IMG/VR virus record: IMGVR_UViG_3300014773_000009 | Location: 1-64,000 of that record | Strand: one strand, 5' to 3' | DNA: 64,000 nucleotides | Origin: a virus | Lineage: Duplodnaviria > Caudoviricetes | In this document: positions 28,199 to 37,381 of the stretch, one piece after another | How positions within the stretch are numbered: the stretch's first letter is position 1 | How the letters are laid out: every line of letters starts with the position of its first letter | Position numbers and translations under genes: made by a program | Notes under the pieces: model-generated | Told to the model about the DNA's origin: nothing | What the model saw: the letters and a program-made list of their open reading frames with translations, nothing else | The model's database searches: none

Positions 28199-28785
28199 GC
28201 AGCGGCACGAGTGGCGACTGGGAGCGCGCCCTCCGGATCTTGGCCAAGGCGCCCCAGCGCATCAAGACCGCGCTCGACCAGGCCCTGATGCAGGAGGCTC
28301 ACCGCCTGCGAGCAGCCATGGTGCGCGGCATCGACTCCGGCGCGCCCGGCGGCAAGAAGTTCGCGGCGCACTCGCCGCTCACGCTGGTGATGCGAAGGTT
28401 CCGCGGAAAGGGTGGCAGCAAGATCCTGATCCAGAGCGCCGCGCTCCGGAACAGCATCACCGTGGCGCGCGTGGGGAGCGTGATCTTTGTGGGGGTGCTT
28501 CGCGGATCGCGCGGCCGAGCGAACATCGCCCGCATCCACGAGGAGGGGCGGACCTTCACCCGCACGCTCTCCCCCAAAGCGCGGCGCTTTCTGTTCGCGG
28601 CGTTGCGAGCCGCCGGGATTCCGCCACGCCCGCGCGCGAAGGGCGCCAGCGGTGGAGGTGTCACGGTCACGGTCCGCATCCCAGCACGCCCGTTCATCGC
28701 TCCGGTGGTGGCAGCGATGGACCGTGGAGCGGTGACCCACCGAATCGCGGACGCGGTCACCAAGGCCATCGCTTCGATCCAGTAG
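28195..28785 (+). CDS. Neck/virion morphogenesis protein (HK97 gp10/Mu gpG-like)
   Basis: LI....LRNSI, IARIHE.G, IPARPFI. Confidence 0.8.
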   Translation: MSSGTSGDWERALRILAKAPQRIKTALDQALMQEAHRLRAAMVRGIDSGAPGGKKFAAHSPLTLVMRRFRGKGGSKILIQSAALRNSITVARVGSVIFVGVLRGSRGRANIARIHEEGRTFTRTLSPKARRFLFAALRAAGIPPRPRAKGASGGGVTVTVRIPARPFIAPVVAAMDRGAVTHRIADAVTKAIASIQ

Positions 28786-28787
28786 CG

Positions 28788-28824
28788 GTGCCGACTCGGC
28801 CGCCGGGGCGCGCGCCGCTATCCA
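28788..28824 (+). promoter_or_regulatory. Late-promoter motif copy
   Basis: GTGCCGACT-N22-TATCCA-N9-ATG(28834). Confidence 0.5.
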
Positions 28825-28833
28825 GGTGGTGCG

Positions 28834-29646
28834 ATGCCGTTCGCGAACCTGGGCTTTGAGACCGGAGTCGGAGGCGAGCCGGGGTCGGCGGCCAGCTGGT
28901 TCCACGAGTACGGCGTCAGCGTCGAACTCTGGGCGCCCTACGCCGGACCCGAGTACATCGAGGACCACGAGAGCTTCGAGTACTGGACCACGGGCTGGAG
29001 CACCGCGCTCGGTTCGGTGAGCGCCGCGCTCTACGCAGCCACCTTTCTTGTCACACCGGTGGCGTACGAGGCGTTCGCCGTGGGTTGGGAGACGACGCCG
29101 TGGCTCACCGACCTGGGCGCCACCGCAGCCGCGGCCTACGGAGTTGGGTTGCTCGCGCTCGAGGCCTTCGAGGTGGAGTGGTCCAATGACACCTGGCAGA
29201 CCGCGCTCGGGGCGACGGCGACCGCCAGTTACGACACCTCTCCTGAGAACTTCGAGGACCACGAGGAGGACTGGTCCAACGCGAGCTGGCAGCTCGGGTT
29301 GGGCAGCACCGCCTCCGCGGTCTACGACAACGGTGGGGAGGTCTACGAAGACTTCGAGGAGGTCCTCGCGCCGATCGCGTTCTCGCTCGACCCAGCCACA
29401 GGCACGCTCACGGCGCCAGCGCACGGGCTCACCAACGGCACGCTGGTGCGGCTGGCGACCACGGGTCAGCTGCCCGGCGGGATGAGCCCCGCGCTCGACT
29501 ACTACGTGGTGACCGCCGCCGCGAACACGCTGCAGCTGTCCCGCACAGTGGGCGGCGCGGCGTTGACGTACAGCCACCAAGGCGGTGGCACCCAGACGCT
29601 GCTGGTGGACCCCACCCGCTACTGGAACGACGTGATCTCGATCTGA
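28834..29646 (+). CDS. Virion protein with 31-aa repeats and C-terminal beta-barrel (FCCH-like) module
   Basis: Four repeats of E.FE..W....W...LG......Y; HGLTNGT.V...YYVV. Confidence 0.6.
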   Translation: MPFANLGFETGVGGEPGSAASWFHEYGVSVELWAPYAGPEYIEDHESFEYWTTGWSTALGSVSAALYAATFLVTPVAYEAFAVGWETTPWLTDLGATAAAAYGVGLLALEAFEVEWSNDTWQTALGATATASYDTSPENFEDHEEDWSNASWQLGLGSTASAVYDNGGEVYEDFEEVLAPIAFSLDPATGTLTAPAHGLTNGTLVRLATTGQLPGGMSPALDYYVVTAAANTLQLSRTVGGAALTYSHQGGGTQTLLVDPTRYWNDVISI

Positions 29647-29656
29647 GAGGAATGCG

Positions 29657-30358
29657 ATGGCCTCGACCGACTGGACTGAGTTGACCGGTGTCCTCTCGAG
29701 CACCGACGTGCGCCGTGGCGTGACAGGTGGCGCCACCCCACCCAACGGAGGAGGGACGTTCGTGTACGGCATGCGCTCCGAGCAGGTCGTCGTGGGCGCG
29801 GTTGGTCGATTCACCAACCAGGCGAACTTCGCCCCCACACCCGTCGGCAAGGGTGGGAGCGTGCGCGGCGCGATCCAGCGCGGCATCAGCGCCGGCGCCG
29901 ATGGCTTCCAGCCCTTCCTGTTCATCGGCGCCCAGGGCTCCGACATCCTGTCGAACGCCTACATGCTGGGCCTCACCGACGGGGAGTCCGGCCGGATCGC
30001 GCTCGTGAAGGGCCCGATCTCAAGCGGTATCCCCGATGTCGCGCCCGGCACCAACGGCGTGCTGCGACGCTCGAGCAGTACGTTCGCGATCGGCGCGTGG
30101 CAGCACCTGCGACTCGACATGCGGGTGAACGCGAACGGTGACACGGTGCTCACCGTCCAGCGCAACGACCTCGCAAACCCGGTCGGCTCTCCGGTGTGGG
30201 CCGCGGTGCCAGGGCTCGAGCAGTTCATCGACGACGCGATCGGCGCGAACAGCGGGACCGTCCCGTACCCCAACGGGCGCATGGGGTATGGTGCCCGCTT
30301 CGAGGACGTGTACCGCCGCTGCTACTTCGACCACCTCGAATGCCTGCGTGAGACCTGA
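29657..30358 (+). CDS. Hypothetical virion protein (lectin-like beta sandwich)
   Basis: SD GAGG; WQHLRLD...FD.L pattern. Confidence 0.55.
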   Translation: MASTDWTELTGVLSSTDVRRGVTGGATPPNGGGTFVYGMRSEQVVVGAVGRFTNQANFAPTPVGKGGSVRGAIQRGISAGADGFQPFLFIGAQGSDILSNAYMLGLTDGESGRIALVKGPISSGIPDVAPGTNGVLRRSSSTFAIGAWQHLRLDMRVNANGDTVLTVQRNDLANPVGSPVWAAVPGLEQFIDDAIGANSGTVPYPNGRMGYGARFEDVYRRCYFDHLECLRET

Positions 30359-32169
30359 TGCCGGGCTGGGGCTCATTCCCGTGGGGTAGCGGATCCTGGG
30401 GTGGCGGCGCCTTCGTGCTGCCGGAGCTCTCCCTGTTCACGCGCGAGATGGGCCTCGCGCAGGGACGGGTCCAGCCGCAAGCAACTGCGCCGCTTGAAGG
30501 CAACTGGCTGGTCGTGCTCGGGAGCGACGCGCGCGGGCGGCGCGGCTTCCTGGCTGCCGGCGACTTCGTTCGCGTCTCGCAACTGAACGACGCTGGCAGC
30601 ACGAAGTTGGTCCGCCCGCGGTTGAAGGTGCGGCCTGCGGAAGCGCCACCCGTCGGCGTCTCCTGGAAGCTCCGCATGACGCTCGACGCGGCCACGCTTG
30701 TCGAGATCACGCTCGACGAGAACGAGGACCTGGACGACCTCGCGGTGAACGTGAGCGGCCTGGCAGGCTCGTTCCGCATCGGTTTCGAGCTCGTCATCAG
30801 CGGCAGCGGTGGGCCGTGGGAGGTAGAGCTCCCCGCCGTCTACGTCGACGCCCTGGTTCTCGACGCCACCACGGCCCGCCCCGTGCTCGCGAACCGCGTT
30901 CCCGGTCCAGACGCGACGCAGGTGCCTCGCTCGACGCTGATCAAGCTCGACGTCATGGACACGACGGCCTCGGGGATCAGCCTGGCCGCAACCAAGGTGT
31001 ACGTGGACGACGTGCTGGCGTTCGACGGTGGCACCTTCCAGGGCGGGTGGAACGGCGGCGGGAGCGCCCACTCGAGCGTCGATGGCGGGCGCACGCGCCG
31101 GGTAATCATCGACCCGACCAGCGACTTTGCGAGCCTGGACGGCGTCACCGTGCGGGTCGTCAGCGCGACCAACGACGGTGCTCTCCTGGATGAGAGCTAC
31201 CAGTTCACGGTCGAGGACTTCACCGCTCCGGTCGTCGCCAGCGCGCAGGCAACCGGAGAATCCGCGGTGCGCGTGACGTTCGACGAACCAGTGCTCCAGG
31301 TGAGTGCCAGCGGCGCTGCGGACGCCCTCAATCCAGCGAACTGGGCCGTCGAGCTCGTGGACGGCGCGCCCGCGGTGTGGGTCACGGTCACGTCGGTGGC
31401 GTCGATCACGGACCGCGTGGTCGAGCTCGCGACCGACATCCCGATGACCGCCAAGGCGGTGTACCGCACGCACGCCACCGCCATCGAGGACCTGTTCGGC
31501 AACGCCGTCGAGAGCCCCAACGACGTCGCCACCTTCACGGCGATCGGGGACCAGGCGCCGGGTCGGAGCTTCCACATCATGGAGCTGCTGCCGTCCTGGA
31601 ACGAGGACGTCGACGCGGGCGACTACGCCAAGTTCATGGGGGTGCTGCAGGAGGTGATCGAGCTCCTGCTCCGCCAGATCGACCGCTGGCCTGAGATCAT
31701 CGACGTGGACCTCGCGCCCGAGGTGTTCGTGGACGCCATGCTCCAAGACCTGGGCAACCCCTTCTCGTTCGAGCTCACGTTGCTCGAGAAGCGCAAGCTC
31801 GCCCGGCTGCTGGTGCCCATCTACAAGTCGAAGGGGCTCGCGCGAGGCATCATCAACGCGATCCGGCTGTTCCAGGGGGTCGAGGTGTCGCTCGACTACC
31901 CCTACTTCGGGGGGCTCAGGATCGGGACGGCGCGCATCGGGTCCACGTTCCGACTGGCCGGTTCAGCCTACGACGCCTACTCCTATCGCATCCTGGTCGA
32001 CCAGGCCCTCACCGACGACCAGCGCACCAAGATGAGAGCGATCGCGACCTACATGCAGGTCGCTCACGAGCACTTGGTAGCAATCGTGGAGCCCGCGCCG
32101 CCGGCGGAAGAGCCCGACCACCTGCAGCTCGGGCGGTCGCACCTCGGCGTCAACTGGCGCCTCCACTAG
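30358..32169 (+). CDS. Baseplate/tail protein, P2 gpI-like C-terminus with Ig-like domains
   Basis: ID.DLAPE.F..A.L..LG, YKSKG...GI..AIR. Confidence 0.78.
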   Translation: MPGWGSFPWGSGSWGGGAFVLPELSLFTREMGLAQGRVQPQATAPLEGNWLVVLGSDARGRRGFLAAGDFVRVSQLNDAGSTKLVRPRLKVRPAEAPPVGVSWKLRMTLDAATLVEITLDENEDLDDLAVNVSGLAGSFRIGFELVISGSGGPWEVELPAVYVDALVLDATTARPVLANRVPGPDATQVPRSTLIKLDVMDTTASGISLAATKVYVDDVLAFDGGTFQGGWNGGGSAHSSVDGGRTRRVIIDPTSDFASLDGVTVRVVSATNDGALLDESYQFTVEDFTAPVVASAQATGESAVRVTFDEPVLQVSASGAADALNPANWAVELVDGAPAVWVTVTSVASITDRVVELATDIPMTAKAVYRTHATAIEDLFGNAVESPNDVATFTAIGDQAPGRSFHIMELLPSWNEDVDAGDYAKFMGVLQEVIELLLRQIDRWPEIIDVDLAPEVFVDAMLQDLGNPFSFELTLLEKRKLARLLVPIYKSKGLARGIINAIRLFQGVEVSLDYPYFGGLRIGTARIGSTFRLAGSAYDAYSYRILVDQALTDDQRTKMRAIATYMQVAHEHLVAIVEPAPPAEEPDHLQLGRSHLGVNWRLH

Positions 32170-32172
32170 GCC

Positions 32173-32209
32173 GCGCCTACGCGCTCTGGTGGGTGTGGAC
32201 TGAGACGGT
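32173..32209 (+). promoter_or_regulatory. Late-promoter motif copy
   Basis: GCGCCTACG-N22-GACGGT-N6-GTG(32216). Confidence 0.5.
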
Positions 32210-32215
32210 CAGCCC

Positions 32216-34039
32216 GTGGCCAACCGCAGGAACTTCTTTTTCGACCAGCTCGTGGAGGAAGACGAGCTCGACGCCGCGTTCGATGGGGTCGAGCAGGCCG
32301 ACTTCAACCAAAACGTCGACCTCGGGCTGATCGGAATCACGACTGGGTTGGCGGCTGCTCAGCACAGCCCAACCGCAGACCTCACAGTCGACGTGGCGGT
32401 GGGCAACGCCTACGACAAGCAGGGCCGGCGGCTCAACGTCCCCTCGCTGCAGGTCGTGAACCTGGCCGTCGACTCGAACAGCGTCAGCACGTCGGTCGTC
32501 AACGTCGGCAACTCGAAGATCGTCAGCCTGTTCCTGCGGTTCAAGCGCAACCAGGGCGACCAGCGGACCGACGGAAACGCCGTCACGGTCTACTTCGTCC
32601 AGGACGAGGGCTTCGAGTTCTTCGTCGAGCAGGGCGCGGAAGCGGTTACGCCCACCCCACCGGCGCTGCGCAACGACTCGATCCTGCTTGCAGACATCAC
32701 GCGCACCTTCGGGCAGACCCAGATCGTCAACGCCAACATCTCGGGCACGCGGCGGGAGCACCAGTTCGTTCTGGCCGCGGGCTCGCTCACCGTCGCTGCC
32801 GGCACACCGGAGGCCTCGGACCAGGCGGTGCTGACGCACCTCAACAACCACGTGACCGGCGTCGCGAACCTGCATCCAGCGTCGGCGGTGGACTACGCCG
32901 GCGGGTCCGCGTGGGCCGACGGCGTCACCAACCCGGCTACCACGGTGGAGGCTCAGATCGACAAGATCCTGAGCGAGCTCGCCTCCACCAGCGGCAGCGG
33001 CGCGGACAAGATCGGCATCAAAGCTCGCACTGCGTGGCGCGGAGGCGGGACCAACCCGGCCGGAACCCTGTTCTCCGCGATCGACGCAATCATCACCGAT
33101 CTCGCGCTCCAAACCGCATCCAACGACGGAGCCGAGCGCATCGGAGCGCAGGCTTCCGGTGGTCTTGCGGCGGGGAGCGTGCGCTCCCAACTGGACGAAC
33201 TCGACAACGAGAAGGGGGGCGTGGCGACAGCCAACAACTGGACGCAGCCACAGGAGTTCGCTGAGATCGACGTAGGCTCCGACGCCACGTTTCAGGCGCA
33301 GCTGATCCTGTCCGGGGGCGGTGAAGAGAGCCCGGCGATCCTCGATTGCACCCGCGCGCTCACGAACTACACCCAGATCTTGCGGGTGCTCATCGATGCG
33401 ATCCCAACCGGCTCCTACGGCCGGTTCATGGGCATCAAGAACGAGCCAGGAACCGCCGACGAAGACACGCCGTATGCGGGCAACCTCCTCTTTACGACGA
33501 ACGCCAAGATCGTCTCGAGCCAGTGGAATCGCGATGCAAGCGGCGACAGCTGGGCGTTCGCGATTGGCGGGACCGGCGGGGACGCGCAGGGCGGCATCAC
33601 CGTCCTGTATCGCGACTCCACATCGGCTAGCGCGTGGACGGACTGGGAGCAGCACATCCACGTCTCGCCGCTGATCCCCAACGCCAACAACGCCAACGTC
33701 AGCCACACGCTCACTCCGAAGAACATGTGCTCGGCGTGGGTGCGTGCGCGCACCGACGGCGCTGGCAATGTGTCGGTGGTCGATGGGTTCAACGTCTCGG
33801 GGGTTGGCATCAGCGGATCCAACATCCTCGAGATCACCTTCGCTCGAGCGATGGCAGACGCGAACTACGCGTACTCCGCCATGGACGGCACCGACGAGAC
33901 CGTGGCAGGCTTCTACAAGACCAAGAGCGTGTCGACGACCGTGCTGGGCATCGGCCGCACCACGGACGGATCGGCGGCAACGAACCTCAGCACGACCGCG
34001 ATGGACATCGTGGTGGTCGTCACCGGCGCCACCTCCTAG
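32216..34039 (+). CDS. Tail fibre protein
   Basis: R.NFFF.QLV...EL, G.AYD..G.R N-terminus; GA..IG / TV...IDEL repeats; AWV...FNVS...ITF..AMADANY tip. Confidence 0.8.
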   Translation: MANRRNFFFDQLVEEDELDAAFDGVEQADFNQNVDLGLIGITTGLAAAQHSPTADLTVDVAVGNAYDKQGRRLNVPSLQVVNLAVDSNSVSTSVVNVGNSKIVSLFLRFKRNQGDQRTDGNAVTVYFVQDEGFEFFVEQGAEAVTPTPPALRNDSILLADITRTFGQTQIVNANISGTRREHQFVLAAGSLTVAAGTPEASDQAVLTHLNNHVTGVANLHPASAVDYAGGSAWADGVTNPATTVEAQIDKILSELASTSGSGADKIGIKARTAWRGGGTNPAGTLFSAIDAIITDLALQTASNDGAERIGAQASGGLAAGSVRSQLDELDNEKGGVATANNWTQPQEFAEIDVGSDATFQAQLILSGGGEESPAILDCTRALTNYTQILRVLIDAIPTGSYGRFMGIKNEPGTADEDTPYAGNLLFTTNAKIVSSQWNRDASGDSWAFAIGGTGGDAQGGITVLYRDSTSASAWTDWEQHIHVSPLIPNANNANVSHTLTPKNMCSAWVRARTDGAGNVSVVDGFNVSGVGISGSNILEITFARAMADANYAYSAMDGTDETVAGFYKTKSVSTTVLGIGRTTDGSAATNLSTTAMDIVVVVTGATS

Positions 34040-34075
34040 CGCCGATGCGCAGGCGAGTGCCCAGCCGTGGATGGT
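34039..34075 (+). promoter_or_regulatory. Late-promoter motif copy
   Basis: GCGCCGATG-N22-GATGGT-N7-ATG(34083). Confidence 0.55.
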
Positions 34076-34082
34076 ACGGAGC

Positions 34083-34388
34083 ATGGACGCTCCGTCGACT
34101 CCCGCCGAATTCATCGAGTTTCTGACCTCCGAGGACGCCTACATGGTGGCCGCTGGCGTGGTCTTCCTGGTGGTATGGGCGGTGCCCCGCATTCCGGCGC
34201 TGGCCGCGCTCTTCTTGACCGAGGCGCGGCGCGCCGCGCTCGCGCTGGCGATGTCGGTGCTCCCAGCCATCGGCTTCGCGCTCATGTCGCACGCGCCCGC
34301 CAAGCGCATCGTCGCAATCGCGCTCGTGGCGCTGCTGGCTGGTCTCACCCCGCCCGCCCCCAAGCCCGCCGAGCCGAAGTCGGGCTGA
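34083..34388 (+). CDS. Holin-like membrane protein (about 3 TM)
   Basis: Three hydrophobic segments; first gene of the lysis-like block. Confidence 0.5.
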   Translation: MDAPSTPAEFIEFLTSEDAYMVAAGVVFLVVWAVPRIPALAALFLTEARRAALALAMSVLPAIGFALMSHAPAKRIVAIALVALLAGLTPPAPKPAEPKSG

Positions 34389-34795
34389 TGCTTCTCGCGC
34401 TGGTGGAGCCTGCTGGGGCGGTCGAGCAGAGCGCGATGCAGCTCGTGCGCGAGACCGTACTCGGCGCCATCTGCATCGTGGCCACCACGATTGCAGTCTG
34501 GGCGGTGCTCACCCTGAAGAAGGTCCAGGACCAGCGCGTCACGGACCAGGTCTCGATGGCTGATCGCGCCGAGAAGAGCAACGAGAAGGACCGGGAAAGA
34601 ACCGACAAGCAGACGGTCGCCATCGTCGAGCTCGCGCAGGCCATCAAGGAAAACACGCGCAGCCAAGAAACGATGAAGGGCGCGATCGAGAACCAGAGCC
34701 GCCTCTTCGAGAAGCAGTCGGAGTGGATGCGCACCCTGTGGGCCAAGAGCTCGGGCCAGTACTCCGCGGTGCGACCCAAGAAGGACGAGGACTGA
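34388..34795 (+). CDS. Single-TM coiled-coil protein
   Basis: TM segment then coiled coil; TGATG coupling. Confidence 0.55.
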   Translation: MLLALVEPAGAVEQSAMQLVRETVLGAICIVATTIAVWAVLTLKKVQDQRVTDQVSMADRAEKSNEKDRERTDKQTVAIVELAQAIKENTRSQETMKGAIENQSRLFEKQSEWMRTLWAKSSGQYSAVRPKKDED

Positions 34796-34797
34796 CC

Positions 34798-35046
34798 ATG
34801 ATCACGACGTGGCTGGATCGGTTGCTGCTGGGCAAGGAAGCCGTCGAGCGCGGACAGGAGGCTGAGTCGAGGCTGAGACAGGCCGACCGGATCCGGGAGG
34901 TGCTCGACGCAGAGGAGACCCGTCAGCTCGGCCGGCTGGAGTCTGAAGCGCGCGCGACCAGGCAGCTGGCCGAACTCTCGCGCGCGGACTCCTGCCGACC
35001 CTTGCGGCATCCGAGCCTGCCCGAGATCGAACTGGAGGTGTCATGA
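34798..35046 (+). CDS. Small hypothetical protein
   Basis: Coupled ORF with SD GAGG. Confidence 0.5.
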   Translation: MITTWLDRLLLGKEAVERGQEAESRLRQADRIREVLDAEETRQLGRLESEARATRQLAELSRADSCRPLRHPSLPEIELEVS

Positions 35047-35450
35047 CGGAGTCGAAGGTTCCACACGACCGGGTCGACGTGGTTCGAGCGGCCTACTCCC
35101 TCGTGGTGATGACGCGCGAGACGATGCGTCGAGCGATGCTGCTGCTCGTGGCGGTGGGGGTGCTCACGCTGGGCGCGGTGATCACGCTCATCGTCTGCGC
35201 CATCTACATCCACAAGCAAACCGCACTCGTCGAGGAGATGCTGCTCGAGCAGCAGGCGACCCGTGCCACCGCTCAGAGCGCCGAGCAGGCGGCCGCTACC
35301 GTGAAGGAGGAGCTCGACGCGCTTCCGACGCTCGAGATCGTTCCGGTGCCGGCGTCCGCGTCGGCGCTGGTGGTCGTGCGTCCGCGGTCCGTGCCGACCA
35401 GCGCTCCTCGGCCGGCCCCGGCCACTCTGTCGACCGGAGGTTCCCCGTGA
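35043..35450 (+). CDS. Single-TM protein (i-spanin-like candidate)
   Basis: TM, coiled coil, Pro-rich tail. Confidence 0.45.
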   Translation: MTESKVPHDRVDVVRAAYSLVVMTRETMRRAMLLLVAVGVLTLGAVITLIVCAIYIHKQTALVEEMLLEQQATRATAQSAEQAAATVKEELDALPTLEIVPVPASASALVVVRPRSVPTSAPRPAPATLSTGGSP

Positions 35451-35911
35451 TGTGTTCTCTGCTGCGGCGATTTGCCCACGTCTTCACCGTGCTGGCGCTG
35501 ACGCTGGTCTCGATCGCGCTGGCTGGCTGCAAGGAGTTCTTGGCGGCCATGCCCAAGGTGGTGTCGGTGGTCCAGGATGCGATGCTCATTCTGGATCAAA
35601 TCGAGGGCTTCACGGGGCAGTACTTCCAGGCCCACCCGAGCCCTGACAAGGAGCGCGCGGTGGCCGATGCGCTGAGGCGCTCGCGCCACGCCCTGATCGC
35701 AGCGCAGCGGGCGGGGACTGGCGCCGACAAGTTGGACAAGGGCACGACGCTGTCGGCGCTGGCCGACTTCCAGGCGGCCTACAGCGAACTGCTGAAGGCC
35801 TGCGAGGGCATCCCGGGGCTGAGCGTTGGGGCGATGGGAGATGCCGCGCCGCCGGGTGGCCTCACGGTCCCGGAGCCGGTGGCGATGGGGACGCTCGTTC
35901 TGGAGGAGTAG
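35447..35911 (+). CDS. Lipoprotein (o-spanin-like candidate)
   Basis: Signal peptide with lipobox LAGC. Confidence 0.55.
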   Translation: MMCSLLRRFAHVFTVLALTLVSIALAGCKEFLAAMPKVVSVVQDAMLILDQIEGFTGQYFQAHPSPDKERAVADALRRSRHALIAAQRAGTGADKLDKGTTLSALADFQAAYSELLKACEGIPGLSVGAMGDAAPPGGLTVPEPVAMGTLVLEE

Positions 35912-35915
35912 TTCG

Positions 35916-36311
35916 ATGGACGGCGACGCGTCGCAAGCGCTGGCGGAGCTGTACGGAGCGAAGATCCAGGCGCTCAGCACCGACCTCACCAAGATCGGCG
36001 AAGAACTCGCTGCCACCAGGACGGAGCTCGGCGAGTTTCGCGCGGAGATTGCGACCGAGATGCGGCTTCAGCGGGGAGCGCTCGAGTCGATGGTGCAGCT
36101 GTTGACGGGTGCTGCCGAGGACCGATCGGATGGTGCTCGCCTCAAGAAGAGCGTCACCGACTCGGTCGTGATCGCAGCCCGTCGGGTGCTCATGCTCAAG
36201 GGCGGCGCCGGGTCGCTGCTCCACCTCGCAGACGCGCTGGACCGGCTCGACGCGCTCGACGAGACCACCGATCCGGGTGGACCGACCACGATGCCGCCGG
36301 ACGCGGGCTGA
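35916..36311 (+). CDS. Coiled-coil hypothetical protein
   Basis: SD GGAGGAG; heptad pattern. Confidence 0.55.
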   Translation: MDGDASQALAELYGAKIQALSTDLTKIGEELAATRTELGEFRAEIATEMRLQRGALESMVQLLTGAAEDRSDGARLKKSVTDSVVIAARRVLMLKGGAGSLLHLADALDRLDALDETTDPGGPTTMPPDAG

Positions 36312-37102
36312 TGCGGCGCGGCTTCGGCTGGCTGCCGGACCTGCCGAAGCGAGCGAGCGCGGAGCGTCCGGACTGGACCTTCGAGGAGGCGATGCTGCGC
36401 GCGCCCTCGAAGGCGGTGCTGCCAGAGGCGCACTCGAACAGCCGGCTCGTGCTCTCGGTGCTCGATCAGCTCGAGCTCGGCGCATGCGTGGCGTGTGCCG
36501 GGTTCCAGGCCATCCGGATGGCTGAGGTTCGGCAGGGTGTTGCCGCGCCAAAGCTTGGGGCGCGCCTCTTCAACTACTATCTCTCGCGCGCCGCGCACGG
36601 TCTGGCAGCGTTCGACGCGGGCACACAGCTCCGCACGTTCTTCTGGACGCTGAACAAGTTTGGCTTCCTCTCGGAGGACAGCTACCCGTTCGGCTACGAC
36701 ATCCACCGGTTCGCTGAGTCACCACCGGCGATCGCGTACACGAGGGCGCTGGACCAGAAGTCGCCCACCAGGTACTGGGGCATCGGGGAAGGGCCAGCAC
36801 GCATCGACCAGGTGAAGCGGGCGGTGTCGCTTGGTTATGGCGTGTGCTTCGGCGTGCAGGTTGGCGCACCCTTCGCGGACTGGCAGATCGACCCCGGCAC
36901 GCCTCTCGACCCGCCATCTGCGCGCGCGGTGACCTTCGGCCACGCGATGCTCATCGAGGGGTACGGCGGGGACGTGTTCACGGTCCTGAACTCGTGGGGT
37001 GAACAGTTTGGGGACCGCGGGCGCTGCCTGTTCACCGCCGACTACATCAACGCCGCCCATTCGGTATGGGTGGTCGAGTCCGTTCCGAGGAGACGACGAT
37101 GA
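36311..37102 (+). CDS. Papain-like C1A cysteine peptidase
   Basis: GFGWLPD, DQ..LGAC (Gln/Cys), GHAM (His), NSWG (Asn). Confidence 0.9.
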   Translation: MRRGFGWLPDLPKRASAERPDWTFEEAMLRAPSKAVLPEAHSNSRLVLSVLDQLELGACVACAGFQAIRMAEVRQGVAAPKLGARLFNYYLSRAAHGLAAFDAGTQLRTFFWTLNKFGFLSEDSYPFGYDIHRFAESPPAIAYTRALDQKSPTRYWGIGEGPARIDQVKRAVSLGYGVCFGVQVGAPFADWQIDPGTPLDPPSARAVTFGHAMLIEGYGGDVFTVLNSWGEQFGDRGRCLFTADYINAAHSVWVVESVPRRRR

Positions 37103-37374
37103 AAGTGCCCGTGCTGATGGTCTTGGCCGCGTGTGGTCCCGAGCTCGCACCGGCGGCGCCGGCGCAAACGACCAGTGCCACCGCCCCAACCTGCGCGGAG
37201 GCGTGCGCGCACGCGCGCGAGCTCGGCTGCGAGGTCGGACTTCCGACAGATGCCGGCACGACCTGCGAGGAGGTCTGCGGCACGGTCGAGGGGCTCGGGC
37301 TGGACGAGGCTCGGTGGCCGATCGCCTGTGTGCTCAGCGCCACCACCTGCGACCAGGCCGACCTCTGCCAGTGA
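37099..37374 (+). CDS. Cys-rich lipoprotein
   Basis: Lipobox LAAC followed by 8 further Cys. Confidence 0.65.
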   Translation: MKVPVLMVLAACGPELAPAAPAQTTSATAPTCAEACAHARELGCEVGLPTDAGTTCEEVCGTVEGLGLDEARWPIACVLSATTCDQADLCQ

Positions 37375-37381
37375 GGTTTCC

